Source: Elsinoe ampelina (Eukaryota). Taken from it: a stretch of DNA of 64,000 nt. This document shows, in pieces, positions 34,232-46,852 of this stretch; the first letter of the stretch is position 1, and each line of letters opens with the position of its first letter. The stretch is from positions 468,506 to 532,505 of the forward strand of contig ML992508.1 of the NCBI GenBank assembly GCA_010093995.1, in the 5' to 3' direction. The position numbers were made by a program, and so were the translations under genes. The notes under the pieces are model-generated. The model ran no database searches. It worked only from the letters and a program-made list of their open reading frames with translations, and was not told the origin of the DNA.

Positions 34232-35485
34232 ATGGCAGATATCAACATCGGACCAATCATGGACGTTCTCGACTACACCAATCCCTTTGACCAGATCTTT
34301 ATCGTCCATGATCGATACGGCGAAGAAGTGGAGGTACCCATGCAAGACGTGACCAGCTATGTCCGCAACGGCATTGTCCAGACTATCGTCCTAGGTAGTC
34401 AAATCGGCGCCGCCATAGCAGTCCTCATCATGCTCCTCATCCTCACAAAAGCCGAGAAACGTCGTCTCCCTGTCTTCTGGCTCAACCTCTTCACCCTCCT
34501 CTCCACTGTCATCGCCAACATCCTCCTCTGTCTCTTCTACACTACCTCCTGGTATAGCCCCTACGCCTACTTTACGGACGACCATTCCTTCGTCACCACC
34601 TCAGCAAAGGTCACCTCCATTACAGCCGCCATTTTCCAACTCCTCGTCCTCATCGGGCTCGAAACCTCTCTTGTCCTTCAAGTCCACGTCGTCTCCATCA
34701 CCTTCGAAACCTGGCAACGCATCTCCGTCGTCATCCTCTCCACCATCGTCGCCCTGATCGCCATCGGCTTCCGCATCGCCCAGATCGTCGACAACATCAC
34801 CTACAACATCTTGCTCATGGAATACAATTACTCCTCCCAATGGCTCATCCAAGCCCGCGACATCGCCCTGGCGACCAGCATCTGCTTCTTCAGCCTCATC
34901 TTCTGCAGCAAACTAGGCCACTCCCTCCAGCAGCGCAAGAGCATGGGCATGACGCAGTTCGGGCCCATGCAGATCATCTTCATCGGCGGCGCCCAGACGC
35001 TCATCATACCAGGTAAGCTCACTCGCCCCTATTGTCCACCTCACTCCCCTCGCCACTTTTCCCTCCCCCTTCCCCCCCCTTTTTCCCTCCTTCTTTTCCC
35101 CACTGACTTTAACCAAAAAGCCGTCTTCGCAATCCTCCAATTCCTCCTCCCCACCACCCGCATCAACTCCCTCATCCTGACCGTGACCGCCATCTCCCTC
35201 CCCCTCACCTCTCTCTGGGCTTCGGCCGTCACTTCGCGGCCGAGCAAAGGCACGCGCGGCCCGGACGCGCACCAGAAGTTTCTCATGAGTACACCTGGCG
35301 GTACCTTCGCTTCGGGGCAATCGAGGAAAGCGTCTGGAGGACACTTGGGCCACTTGGGGGAGAAGGGGTGGGAGGGGATGGGCACGGGCACGGGCACAGG
35401 CACAGGCACAGTGGAGTTTGAGAGGACTTGGGCGGTTGATGGGAGGGAGAGGGATTTGGAGATGCAGGATTTGGAGAGGAGGTAG
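34232..35485 (+). CDS. STE2: Alpha-factor-type pheromone receptor (Ste2 family GPCR)
   Basis: NPFDQIF, IVLGSQIGA, KRRLPVFWLN, ETSLVLQV, SICFFSLIFCSKL, RKSMGMTQFGPMQIIFI..QTLIIP, SLPLTSLWA; seven hydrophobic segments; intron 35013-35120. Confidence 0.95.
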   Translation: MADINIGPIMDVLDYTNPFDQIFIVHDRYGEEVEVPMQDVTSYVRNGIVQTIVLGSQIGAAIAVLIMLLILTKAEKRRLPVFWLNLFTLLSTVIANILLCLFYTTSWYSPYAYFTDDHSFVTTSAKVTSITAAIFQLLVLIGLETSLVLQVHVVSITFETWQRISVVILSTIVALIAIGFRIAQIVDNITYNILLMEYNYSSQWLIQARDIALATSICFFSLIFCSKLGHSLQQRKSMGMTQFGPMQIIFIGGAQTLIIPGKLTRPYCPPHSPRHFSLPLPPPFSLLLFPTDFNQKAVFAILQFLLPTTRINSLILTVTAISLPLTSLWASAVTSRPSKGTRGPDAHQKFLMSTPGGTFASGQSRKASGGHLGHLGEKGWEGMGTGTGTGTGTVEFERTWAVDGRERDLEMQDLERR

Positions 35486-35812
35486 GGCGTCATTGACTGG
35501 GCCGGCAGAGGAAGGAGGGAGGGGGATAGTGGGTTGAGGGGATGGGCATTGGTAGTTGGACGAGAGTGTCACATGGAGTTAGACGTAATGATTGAGAGAG
35601 GGAAGAAGAGAGATATTCGGAGGTCGATGATACAATGCTTATTCCCAGAATGATACATATATCTACCCTTTCCATGCCTGTGGAGACAATGCTGTACAGA
35701 TGCCATTTTGGTGCTGTATGCCCGTATGCATATCCTGGGCGACCCTGCCCATTCCCATTCCCATGTCCATGTCCATGCTCGTGTCCGTGATATGCATAAT
35801 TCGCCTGTGGTA

Positions 35813-37600
35813 TCAAACCATGCCGCACAGCAGCTTGCTCAGGAAGCCCTTCTTCTCCTTCACCTTGACCACCGGGGTCTTCTTCTCTCTCGCGACGGTA
35901 TCTGCGCTGGTTTCGCTGCCGTCCAAGGTACTTTCGCTAAAGTGCCTCTTCTTCTCGCTTTCGGTGGACCTGCGGGCTTTGACGCTACCCTTGTCGCTCT
36001 TTCCAGCGTCGAGTGTTGGGCTGCTATGCGCGGTGTCCTTTCTCTCTTCCTCGGTGGGTTCCTCCTCTTCATCGTCTGTCTCGTCTTCGTAGTTTGGACG
36101 CCATTGTCCGCCGTTACCGTTGATGATGACAGTGCTCGTTGTGTCTGCCCTCTTCCTCCTACTAGCGACAGGGCTGTCGGCTTCGGGGATCGTAGGGATG
36201 TTGCTCGTGTCCAGCGCGAGACTGCTGTTACTGCTGTTAGGTGGCACAGGATCACCACCCAACTTGCGTCTGAAGCCGGGTGACCTCAAGGCTTGTCGCA
36301 AACTACTGCTTCGGCGGATAGACTCGCTGTCCAAACTGGAAGGACGCTTACGGGGTGATGCAGGAGACTGATTTGGCTTAGACGGCGACACTGACTTCTG
36401 AGAGGCCGAGCGTTGAAGAGAGTCCTCAGAGCGATAGGATGTGCACCACTTTTCGCAGATCGCGACGTAGACCGCTGTGGCAGTAATGATATTGCGCAAC
36501 TCATCCGTCGTTGTAAGGCTATCACCTATAGAGTCGACAGTGTCATCGGACGATGTGCGATTAAAGGATGGCGAAATTGGGGTTGGTGCACCAGAGTCGA
36601 CAGAGGTTGACGGGACTGGCAGGTTGTAGACGTCCGAGATGTCTAGGCTGGTGGGAGTGAGATGAGCAATGACCGGATGACGGCGAGTGTTTGCAGATAT
36701 TGTGCTGAAGTTGAACTTCTTCTCAGCGATGCCATCTACAGGCGAAGCGATTGGCGATGAGACACCCCTGACATTGCGTTTGGGTACCCACCGCACAGTG
36801 CGATTGAGCCCATGGTCATCAGTGGTGGTAAACTCGTAGCTGCCGGTAGGCAATTGACAAGCCTCCCATTCGACCCCTTGCTCCAGGCAAATTCGCACCT
36901 TGTTGGCAGCGTTGTGGCCCTTGCCGATCCCACAGATTAGAGCCAGGATGTCGCGGGTCTCGTCTTCGTCGGAAGGTGAAGCTTCATGGGCGTGGTACTT
37001 CTCTGCTCGCACAACGGCCAGATCCTGTGGACTGAGGCCATTCTTTGAGGAGGAGAACTTTGCTATAGCCTTGATCAGACGAGGGGAGAAGATGGCCGAA
37101 GGAAGGAGTTCGAAAGCAGGTCTTGGTCTGGCGCGAGATTCGATCTTGTGGAGTTGAAGAAGAGGTCGAGCTCTGACTTGGATCTTGTGTCGACCACCAT
37201 GACGGGGAGGAGCGTGGCAGAGAGTGTACGAAGTCTTTGGCCTGGGGTTTCGTTTCCGCTTTTTGGTGGAGTCGCCAACACTTTCGCTAGATCCTCGTCG
37301 TGACAATTCATCGGTCGGCGACTTGATGGGCGAAAACATTGTGCTTCCCGTCGGTGTTTGCAGTCGCGGTGAATTACCAGCAGATTTGGAATCTGGTTTG
37401 GCGGCGGGTCGCCTCCACCAGGTTGGTGTGGAAGGCATGAAATTGGCTAGTGACGCAGGCGAGACAATGGATCGATCATTCGCTGTATTCGGTGCCGAAT
37501 TATCCTGCTGTGTGATAGGACTTTGGAGAAGCGAAGAAATTGTCGTGGTTATACTAGGTAGGGTGGGGAGAATGCTTTTGTTCTGTTGCTGTTCCGCCAT
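35813..37600 (-). CDS. Uncharacterised fungal protein (Ser-rich with a central globular region)
   Basis: 595-aa ORF with motifs RPLLQLHKI..RPRPAFELLP, GSYEF, VRWVPK, FNFSTISANTRRHPVIA. Confidence 0.8.
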   Translation of the reverse strand: MAEQQQNKSILPTLPSITTTISSLLQSPITQQDNSAPNTANDRSIVSPASLANFMPSTPTWWRRPAAKPDSKSAGNSPRLQTPTGSTMFSPIKSPTDELSRRGSSESVGDSTKKRKRNPRPKTSYTLCHAPPRHGGRHKIQVRARPLLQLHKIESRARPRPAFELLPSAIFSPRLIKAIAKFSSSKNGLSPQDLAVVRAEKYHAHEASPSDEDETRDILALICGIGKGHNAANKVRICLEQGVEWEACQLPTGSYEFTTTDDHGLNRTVRWVPKRNVRGVSSPIASPVDGIAEKKFNFSTISANTRRHPVIAHLTPTSLDISDVYNLPVPSTSVDSGAPTPISPSFNRTSSDDTVDSIGDSLTTTDELRNIITATAVYVAICEKWCTSYRSEDSLQRSASQKSVSPSKPNQSPASPRKRPSSLDSESIRRSSSLRQALRSPGFRRKLGGDPVPPNSSNSSLALDTSNIPTIPEADSPVASRRKRADTTSTVIINGNGGQWRPNYEDETDDEEEEPTEEERKDTAHSSPTLDAGKSDKGSVKARRSTESEKKRHFSESTLDGSETSADTVAREKKTPVVKVKEKKGFLSKLLCGMV

Positions 37601-38515
37601 TTTGGCTGGCGGTATACCGAAGGCAGGAACGGTGGCTGGTGTGGTGCTGGAAAACGCATTTGGCTGGGAAAAGCCTCTCCAACCCAGCGGATGACGAACG
37701 GGATATTAGTCCCTGCTGCAGATGACACGATACATTGATTACTCCTCGTAAGGCTCAAAGCACAGCGCGCAAAGGAATACCTGTGTCGTATCAGGCCTGG
37801 CTGACGAAGGAGTGTTAGGACAGGTAGGATAGCTGGAGAAATGGCACGGCCACGGGGCTGGCAAGGAGATATGAAGGACTAGTTCAAGATTGGAGAGGGG
37901 CAGCACATCTTACGACGGGAAGTTCTGATTTGATGTACGAGTACAATTGCCTACTTCCTGCATAGAGTAACACCAACGGAGCGATCTACTTTCCGCGCCT
38001 TGTCGGATGCAAACGCAAAGATGGTCTGATGTAAAAGAGCTGTCAGCAGCCGGAAACGGAAGCTTCTGACTGGTCAATCTCACAGGACAAGGCAGACCCG
38101 CACAGACCCGTTGCCCAGCCAAGCCACTTTCTTTTCCCGTGACGCCCGCTCTTCACCCGCTTTTGGTCGCATTTGCTCGCTTCGTGCCGATATGTCTCGT
38201 CGATGAGACACTTGATGAGAGAAAGTCCTCCACTCTTTATCCACCCGCCTTGTCGTCGCCCTGCATAAGTCACTCCCTCCGTCGTCCCTCTCGCTGGATC
38301 ATTTGCAAACTCAATCTGCACGACGTTGGCGCAGAAGCACCCGCAGAAGCACCCGCAAAAGCTTGCTCTGGCCTGGTGATCACGGCCGAAGCGCAGGAGT
38401 CTGACCGCTCGTCGGCCCAATTGATGATCCACCGGTCTGACCGCGGGATTGCGTGGATGTCCATCCTCCGACCTCGATCTCCTTGCAAGATCTTGCCAAA
38501 TACCATCATCCAAAC

Positions 38516-40023
38516 ATGAAACCTCCGAATCTTCCGCGACGCTCTGCAGACCTGCGTGCTATCTTGTCTCTGTTTTCTCTTTGGAAAATCGCGCTTCTAC
38601 TGGTTGTTGCTCTGAGCCCTGGTCCCGGATACGACACGTCGTCAGAACTGTTGTTGTGGGACGATACCGAGACGCCTCAAGCAAGGGAACTTGTGTCACA
38701 TGTATTACATCGACTCCTGCGTTGGGATGCCATCTATTTTGTCAACATTGCCAACAGGGGTTATCTATATGAACAGGAATGGGCATTTGGTCGAGGCTTC
38801 ATGCTTCTGACAGGCCAGCTTTCCAAAGGTGCGTTTGTCGCGCCTCATCTCGTAAGTCCAACAGCTGAGTATGACAAGTGATCCCCGAGTCTTTCCTATC
38901 TTCAGATCTTCTCCAACAGGCCCTGTCAGGAGCGGTCATTGCTCACCTCGCTCACGGTCTCACCGTTGTCCTTCTCTACGAATTGACTTTCCGCGCGCTG
39001 CCGGGAACCACCACAAACCGGAGACAGATCGCTCGGGTGGCAGCATGTTTGCACGTGGTTTCGCCGGCAGGAGTTTTCCTCTCTGCTCCGTACACCGAAT
39101 CGCTATTCGCTTGCTTAAACTTTTCCGGTCTTCTCTGTCTCGCTGGATCACCGAAAAATCCACAGAACTTCAATGGCAGATTCCACCATCTGACTTGCTA
39201 TGCGACCGCTGGTATCTGCTTTGCACTAGCCACCACCGTCCGAAGCAATGGCTTGCTGAGCGTGTTAGCGATCGTGGTGCTCACTCTGCCCGCAGCTTTC
39301 CGGATCCTCACTGGCAAGGGTGGCTGGGCTGACCTGTTCACCTTGGTCAGTGCAGGCATAGGTGCCCTGCTCGCGACATCTGGCATCATTGTGCCTCAAT
39401 ACTGGGCTTACAACGAATACTGCACAGGAGTCGACACTCGACCATGGTGTTCGCAAATGCCGCCGAGCATCATCTCTTTTGTGCAAAGGCATTATTGGTG
39501 AGTGAATGCCGACTCGGACGCAGGCCGGACTAACAGAACAATCAGGGGTAATGGATTTCTTGCCTATTGGACTCTGTCGAATTTGCCGTTGTTCTTGATC
39601 GCCGCCCCTGTCCTATTGTTGCTGTTCTGGACAGCTGGTGCTGTGTTACTCGGCCAGACTCCTTTTCGGTCAGAAGGCGCACATGGCAAGGGCGAAGTGC
39701 TGGAATCTGGTCCACAAACTGAAACGCTCACACTGCAAGCCCTTGCGGCTCCTCAATTGCTACTTTCACTGCTAGCTCTGACCACCTTTCATGTCCAGAT
39801 CATCAATCGTATCTCGTCAGGGTATCCGATTTGGTACATAATATTGGCGACTTGTATAGTCAGAACAGGCCATGGACGGAGGAGAGCAGAGGCGAAGGCA
39901 AAGTCGACCGGCCAAGGAGAAATCTTGCCTTCGGAGAAGACACAGCGATACCTGGTCAAAGGTGCTGTACTGTATGCTTTCATCCAAGCTGGCCTCTACT
40001 CCAGCTTCCTACCTCCAGCATAG
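38516..40023 (+). CDS. GPI18: GPI mannosyltransferase 2 (PIG-V)
   Basis: PGPGYDTS, RWDAIYF..RGYLYEQEWAF, FLSAPYTESLFA, RSNG, VQRHYW|GNGFLAYWT, HVQIINRISSGYP, C-terminal FLPPA; two introns. Confidence 0.95.
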
Positions 40024-41359
40024 AAGACCGGAATGAATCGGTCAGCGCAAAGACTATTTTCGTCTGGTCTCTTTGTGGAATATGGTGATTGCTGACAGAC
40101 AACGGTATCAGGTGAAGGCTGTGGCGTCAATCAGCTCGGTCGAAATTCGACCAGCAACTATGTCGGGTCTGTAGCCTGACTACACCGGTCAGGCAGCATG
40201 CCGCATGTTCTGTTGAAACCGCTCCACCAGGCTGAAACATCATTTATCCACTATGCTGCTATATGTGTTGTGCATATGTTGTCACAGATGCGGGAAGAAG
40301 AGACTTGGCCGGTCATCAGTCAGCAGCATGACAGTGAGCCATCCCTGTCAACTTCACTTGGGGTCATTCCATTGTGTGCAGGGCGGCTCATGTATCGGAG
40401 CTGAACGGAGGCAGCAAGCTCTGACGAATGCTTTGATACCATCCTAGGGAGAACAGATAACATATTGCCCATCACAATGAAGTCGCACAAGCACTTCGCC
40501 GCGAAGAACAAGGTAGTCTACTTAACAAAACAGTCGTTGATCCTGTCCTCCTCTTGCGTCTGGTTAGATCTGTCTCATAGCGCGGCTTATGGGAGTACCT
40601 CGGTAAAGAATTCGCTGACTAATAACAGCCTCGAGCCCGCCAGTGACCACTTCTGCTCACCTCATTCCCTCATTGCTCAACTACATCGTCCATCTCCATC
40701 TTCATAACACGGGACTCATTATCGCCAGAATCTCGCACTCTTTGGTACCATGGTTGTGCTGTAATGCCCTGCTTGGACACTTGACCAAACAATCCCTGCA
40801 ATGAGGAACCTCATTGTGGCGCGTCACTACATCTGGCCCCTCCAGCCTTGACGCTGTCCTCTGTCATTGACACATAATCGACTTCTCGCGCACAAACATT
40901 TAGCCAAGACTGCAGTCGACTCAACGTCACAACACTATAGTGGTCTCACACTCGGTCTCAGGACACGTGCAACTGATCCAATTCACTCCTCCCCTGTTGG
41001 AGGTCTTGCAATTCCGTCTCTCCACTGGCCAATGTTCATTTCAGCTTCCATCGGACCCATCTTTGCGCCGCACTCCCGCCCAGGTCTGATACTGTCTCAT
41101 GTACAGCTTGCATCGTAGGATGTGGTTCCAGGCCCTCACCTTGGTAATCCGAGACTGACCCTGGCATTGTTCTTCTCGACCTGTGAACTGTCCCCTTGGC
41201 AATATGCATTTCGACATTTGTCCCGTCCGAACCGAAAGATAAGTAGGAGCGTGAGGCACTCTTTCGTCAGGTCAGATCAGATCAATCGTCATCCACCACT
41301 TCCGCATACCACATCCTCTCCTGCAACTTCGTCTTTTTACTTTCCACACTGACTGCAAG

Positions 41360-42179
41360 ATGCGCCCATCCACTCTCGGTATTCACTGCCTGCTGGCCGT
41401 ACTGGCCTACGGTGCAGCCATTGACACCTCCAAGACCGCTGCCGGGCTCATCGCTCGTGATCAACGTTACGCAGAAGCGGAGTACGGTGCGCTGAACAGG
41501 AGGAACGAATTCCCCGCCTCCGACCCCCTCGATGGTATGAGCACTGAGCCTCTTGTCGCAGCACATGATTTGGCCAAAAGGGCCCCCAAGAAGCCCAAGG
41601 TCGATACCAGCCCGGTGGACACCAAGACTGGCAAGCCAGGAGAGGCCACCCCACCCAACTCGGCCGGCGCGCCCCCTGCGCCCACTGACAAAAACGCGCC
41701 GGCCAACGCCCTCAAAGACACTCCTCCTGCAAGTCCCGTCGATAAACAGCAGCCAGGTGGGAACCAACCAAATGGCCTACCAAATGGTCCACCACCGCCG
41801 GGACAGCAATTCGGACAGGACCGAGAACTGCCGGGTCAAGGGATGATGCCGCAGCAGGAATTCAACCCCAACGCCGGCATGAAGACCAACGCCGCGCTCG
41901 GCATTGTCGGCAGCACGGCCCCGGTGGCCGCCATGGGCGCCACCGAGTTCATGAACGCGGAGAACGCGCACCAGAATCAGATGGAATACGGACAAGCGAC
42001 CGGAAGTAAGTCATGTCGTGGGGTGGTAGTGGTGCGATATTGTGCTGACTTTTTTTGCAGTGATTCCGCCTACTGGTGGTGTGCCTCCGACACAGATGCC
42101 GGGTGGCACTGGGATACCCACTTCTCCGACCAGTTCCACCGGTTCGACTCAGACGGGCGCTGGTGGTCAGCAGTATTAG
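41360..42179 (+). CDS. Secreted Pro/Gly/Gln-rich orphan protein with Kex2-like sites
   Basis: Signal peptide; LIAR, LNRR, LAKR; intron 42006-42060 (GTAAGT..CTGAC..CAG) gives a C-terminus MIPPTGGVPPTQMPGG...GQQY*. Confidence 0.75.
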
Positions 42180-42433
42180 TAGGAGATGGTGCCGTTATTG
42201 CGGCGTCGGGGATCAGCTGGGCGGCATTCGGACACGCCGCACGACTTTCTTTTCCACGGTTTGCTTACGATTTACACGGCCGATGAGATGGACACTGGAA
42301 GTATCGGGAAGGAGGGCGACGAAAAGATGGCAGACAGGTTTGGTAGCTGGTCTATCGCTTGATACGACACGAATGGATATGATCTCACACACGTTCTCCT
42401 GCTTTCCCATCCTCATTGGCCCCCTCATAGCCC

Positions 42434-43533
42434 CTACCCGAACAACGCCTTCTTCGTATCATACGTGTACTTCAGATCCAAATGCCAATAATTCGCCGTC
42501 GTAGGCTTGCACACCAACCACGCCTCATCCAACGCCTTGACCACCTCTTCCGGCAACGGCCCCTTCTCCACATCCTTGAGGTTACCCTCCAACTGCCCAA
42601 TATTGCTCACACCGATGATGATCCCGTCCTGCCCACCATTCGGATGACTCCCCGGCAGCACACAAAGCTGACTATGATGCACCACCCACCTCAACGCCGT
42701 CTCGATGAGGGTCAGCCCATGCTTCTCCACCACCGGCTCGATAATACGCAATGCATCAAACGTGGCGTCCTTGAAGTACCGCCCACGATACATGGACCCA
42801 CTGTTGGCCGTGTCGCTGAAGCGGCCTTCCTTGGGGACGTCGACGGACTTGTACTTGCCCGAGAAAATGCCGCCAGCGACGGGGTTGTAGATGACGATGT
42901 CGAGACCGTAGCGGCGGCAGGCGGGGATGAGTTCGGCTTCGATGCTGCGCGTGATGGCGTTGTACATGCCTTGGTAGATGGTGGGGCGGACCCAGCCGTT
43001 GGCTTTGCAGGTCATGACCACTTCGGCGACTTCGAAGGCGGTGAAGTTGCTGAGGCCGAGTTGGACGAATTTGCCGGCTTTGTGGAGGTCGTTGACGGCG
43101 CGGAGGGTTTCTTCGAAGGGGACGGAGCGGTCGGCGGCGTGTAGGTAGAAAATGTCGACTGTGTCGGTGCCGAGTTCGGAGAGGGAGGTGGTGAGCGATT
43201 CGGTCAGGCGGGAGGGCGAGTGTTGGCCTGGGTCGCGAGGGTAGCATTTGGTGGCGAGGGTGAGGCCGCGGTCTTGCCATTTGGCGTCGCGGGTGAAGGC
43301 TTCTTGTTTGCCGCCGATGTAGGCGCGGGCGGTGTCGACTTCGTTGTAGCCTTGCGATTGGAAATAGTCGAGGAACTTGTTGTATTCGACTAGCTCGGTG
43401 ATACGACCACCGGTGGAGGCATCAGGTCTGGCATTATTAGATCTTGTGGAGCGGGGTGAGGAATGATAACGCACCCAAAGGTCATCAGCCCAAGGATGAT
43501 GCGGGGCTTGGGGTTCTGAGCGAGTAGAGGCAT
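42434..43533 (-). CDS. Aldo-keto reductase, aflatoxin B1 aldehyde reductase (AKR7)-like
   Basis: MPLLAQNPKPRIILGLMTFG|P, DTARAY, LATKCYP, DIFYLHAADR, LGLSNF, YQGMYNAITR; intron 43428-43474. Confidence 0.93.
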
Positions 43534-45293
43534 GGTCGCTGTTCAATGGTCGTGATACAATCCAATCGAGACAGGACCGAGAGCGAGCAATCGACAAGGA
43601 TACTCAACTGATCAAGGAGCTGAGTGGAAGGAAAAGACTTGGTCCTAAAGGGCATGGCGGCGAGGATGATGACATAGCGGACATACTGTTAAGCCCGGTC
43701 AGGAGCGGGGCAAAGTGCCGGGGGGGGAAGTCCGATCACGGCTGGAGGCATAGGAGTATTGAACAAGATCTTCGCGATCCGATGAAGACGGACCTTCAGT
43801 ACCAGATCGCCGTCAGGATAACAACTTTGGGAATGTTCCGTATGGATTTGAAGCTGGTATAGAAGAAGATGAAGGACTACGAAGAAGAATGAGGCCAAGT
43901 TCCGGAGCTCGGGCCTGCTGTTTGTCAGCGAAGCAAAAAGCTTAGTCGAACTTGGCCGCATCCCTCTGACTTCAACTGTCGTCCTCTTTCGCCTCGGAGG
44001 CGACTAGCTTGTAACTCTTGCGTGCAGGAGACCATTTTGACGGCTTGCCGACGTCCGACTTTCTGGGGCATAGGTGGGCCCTGTTGGGGCGAGAGAGCGT
44101 GTTCTAGGCAGGCTGCCATGTTGGCACAAGCGACGAGCAGAATGGATAGAGCCGACTATACAAAGTCACTGTCGACGTCACTGTAGATTTCAAGACGCCT
44201 GCATCAAGCCTGTGAGATTCGTGATTGTACCGCCAGGCCAGTGAGTGTTTTTTTGGTCTCCTTCTGAAGCTCCAGACCGCATTGCTGACCAGCTGCTGTC
44301 TGCCAGGACCAGTACTCTTCCTAAGGATGACATACGCACGTATTTAGTGATCGCAGAAACGTCCTGTACGCTTGTCCTGGCGTTCGACGTGGACCACAAC
44401 GCTCACGGCAAGATACGCGCGAGCGTAGGAGACTTATCACCAGCACTTGGAGCGCAAGACAGACTGTGATCAATCAGTGCGGCACAGATCATCAGGATAT
44501 GACCGTATCTTCGGACGTACGTCCTTCGTCAGATCAGATACAGCAAACCAAAGAGAGCCTCCATCAGCAAGGATCGAAGCGTCCCTCAAAGGACAAAAAC
44601 AATCCTCTTTCGAGGATTGCCAAACTCGTCAATATCGAACCAATCTTTGGATTGGGGGAGATTATCTTCGACTGGTTTGATTGCCTTGTTGGGATGGCAC
44701 GGCGCGTCCGCAGGCGTAGAATGCACCGCATTTGTAAGCGCCGTACCGATTCGTTACTATCTACTTGAGCCACGAGGCTGAGCTCTTTGTTTTGGGGGAG
44801 GACAGTCTGCAATGAATATAAAGGCTTGCTTATGAGTGGTCTTGTCTCAGCACGGACATTAGGACAAGCTACACTTTGCCTGCGGCGACGACCAAGCTTG
44901 TGTCCCTGCTTGCTTGCAAGTTTGCTGTTCAGATGGCTGATTCGGCGTCCCATCATGGGTTGTAAATGCTTTGGTGGTGACCTGTCCGGACTAAATTCGA
45001 CCCAAAACATTGAGACATGGTCAGGTGGTATTCGCCTCGATTTTTGGTCATGAAAGAGAGGTGAGCGATTTCATGATAACATGCTCGCTCGAGCAGTGGC
45101 CATTTTAGCACGTAGCAGAAAGATATGTTCGTTTGCTGCCGCTTCCGGACCTGTCTCGTTTGTCGCACGGCAAGCGCGACACATGTGATAAAGTATATCT
45201 TCACCTTCCATACCTGTCTTCTATGAACTCACTCAACAAAACTTCTATCACAAAACTCACTCATTTAGTCACGCTTGCGCCATCACATCAATC

Positions 45294-46181
45294 ATGGCGA
45301 TTGACAGCGCTCCTCCTCGAACATGCTCTTCCACCGCGTGGCCCACAACAGCCGATTCCACAATCCACCCTCCCATGACCCTCAACAGCAGCGCCACATC
45401 CACCATTCACCGCCTCTCCCTCCTCCGCACCGACCTCGATCGTCAAATCCTTCGCTACCCCACTCTTGACGGCCTCACTCCCAGCCGCTCATGGGATAAC
45501 GAGCTCAAAGTGTTCTTCTCCAACGCCACATTCATCCTCCGCCGTGGCGTCGAGCTTGAGCAAGATCCAGTTAAATTCGACGAGCACAAGGCGAAATGGG
45601 ACAGCAACATCAGATCTCGAATTCACAGCATCAGGACCACTATGGTGAAGTTTCTGCCTTGGTTCCAGAGGGTGCACAGGACTCTTACTAGACTGTTCCG
45701 TGTGGACGGTAGGGTAGCTCTGGGCACGGCAATGGAATTACCAGAGGATGAGCTCTTGTCGGTCTTCAGGGACTTGACGGATATCATGGACAAGGTTGAT
45801 ATTGCCGTGAACGGAAGATCTACCGCCCCGAGGGAGACGAGGTTTGTTTGGGGAAGCGGTCGGGCGAATGGTCGGGAGAATGGTCGTGGAAATGGTCGCG
45901 AGAATGGCCGTGGAAATACTTGGGAAAATAGACGTGACGATACTCGAGAGAATGGCCTGGAGAATACACGAGAGAGCAGTGCCAGAAGGGGTGGAAGGGA
46001 CATGGTCGAAGGCATACCTCAGCACCATCAGGCTGGGGAGGCAATTCGCTCGTTTGTGGCTGAGGTCAGGTCTCGAGGCGACCCGCAAGGAGAGCTCTTG
46101 CAACATCTCGAGGACGAGATGCAGAGGGCTGGAATCTTCGGTGCCGATGATGGTGATTGGGAGGATATTGTGGAGCAGTGA
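45294..46181 (+). CDS. Orphan hypothetical protein with an internal R-E/G-N-G tetrapeptide repeat
   Basis: Intronless 295-aa ATG ORF preceded by an A/C-rich leader; helical-looking N-half. Confidence 0.6.
   Translation: MAIDSAPPRTCSSTAWPTTADSTIHPPMTLNSSATSTIHRLSLLRTDLDRQILRYPTLDGLTPSRSWDNELKVFFSNATFILRRGVELEQDPVKFDEHKAKWDSNIRSRIHSIRTTMVKFLPWFQRVHRTLTRLFRVDGRVALGTAMELPEDELLSVFRDLTDIMDKVDIAVNGRSTAPRETRFVWGSGRANGRENGRGNGRENGRGNTWENRRDDTRENGLENTRESSARRGGRDMVEGIPQHHQAGEAIRSFVAEVRSRGDPQGELLQHLEDEMQRAGIFGADDGDWEDIVEQ
45858..45975 (+). repeat. Degenerate 12-bp tandem repeat (GGTCGNGRRAAT)
   Basis: ggtcgggcgaat ggtcgggagaat ggtcgtggaaat ggtcgcgagaat ggccgtggaaat, then decaying copies. Confidence 0.8.
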
Positions 46182-46852
46182 AGTGGCGGGCGGGTGGGAG
46201 CACAAGACACAGGTGGTGGCTTGAAACTAAGCGCTGTCTCCGAGATCAACTGATCTTGAGTACACGCGATACTCTGATAGTTACGATGCAAGGCACCGTC
46301 GTGGATGGCCTCCACTTTGATGTTTGGCGAAGGGGCATGCAGGTGAGAACTCATCAACCACGAAGAATGCAGAAGGAAGACTCAAGTGGTGGTATCAGAA
46401 TATATTTGAAAGCTTAAACTGGCGCGACTCAGACCCGTGATGTGCCCTGTCTGCTGCTGAGCAGGTTGACTCCCTGCCAGCGTCCAGCTGTCCATCATGA
46501 GACTGTATCTCAAAGACTGCGTAGATCTGTCTGTGAAGCCTCAAATTTGCCTTCGTTCCAAGTGTGTGCGAAAGCTGTCTGTCACGAGCGCTACTGACTA
46601 CGCAGCGACTGCTTCCTCGCATAAGGTCGTCTCGTGACGACGGTAGTCGATCCCATCCCGTACTTTCATTGCAACCTCACCTGCCATGCCATTTCTCTGG
46701 GAGTAGACCATCCAACTGTCTTACCACACCACTCATCCCGAGATGGGTGCTAGAGATGTAGCCTAGCTTGATCTGAGTCCGTGACTTATCGAGGCTCACT
46801 AAAGCTGGTAGGTATGACTGTCCTTGTCCTACCAGCTCCTGCGCCGTTTCCC

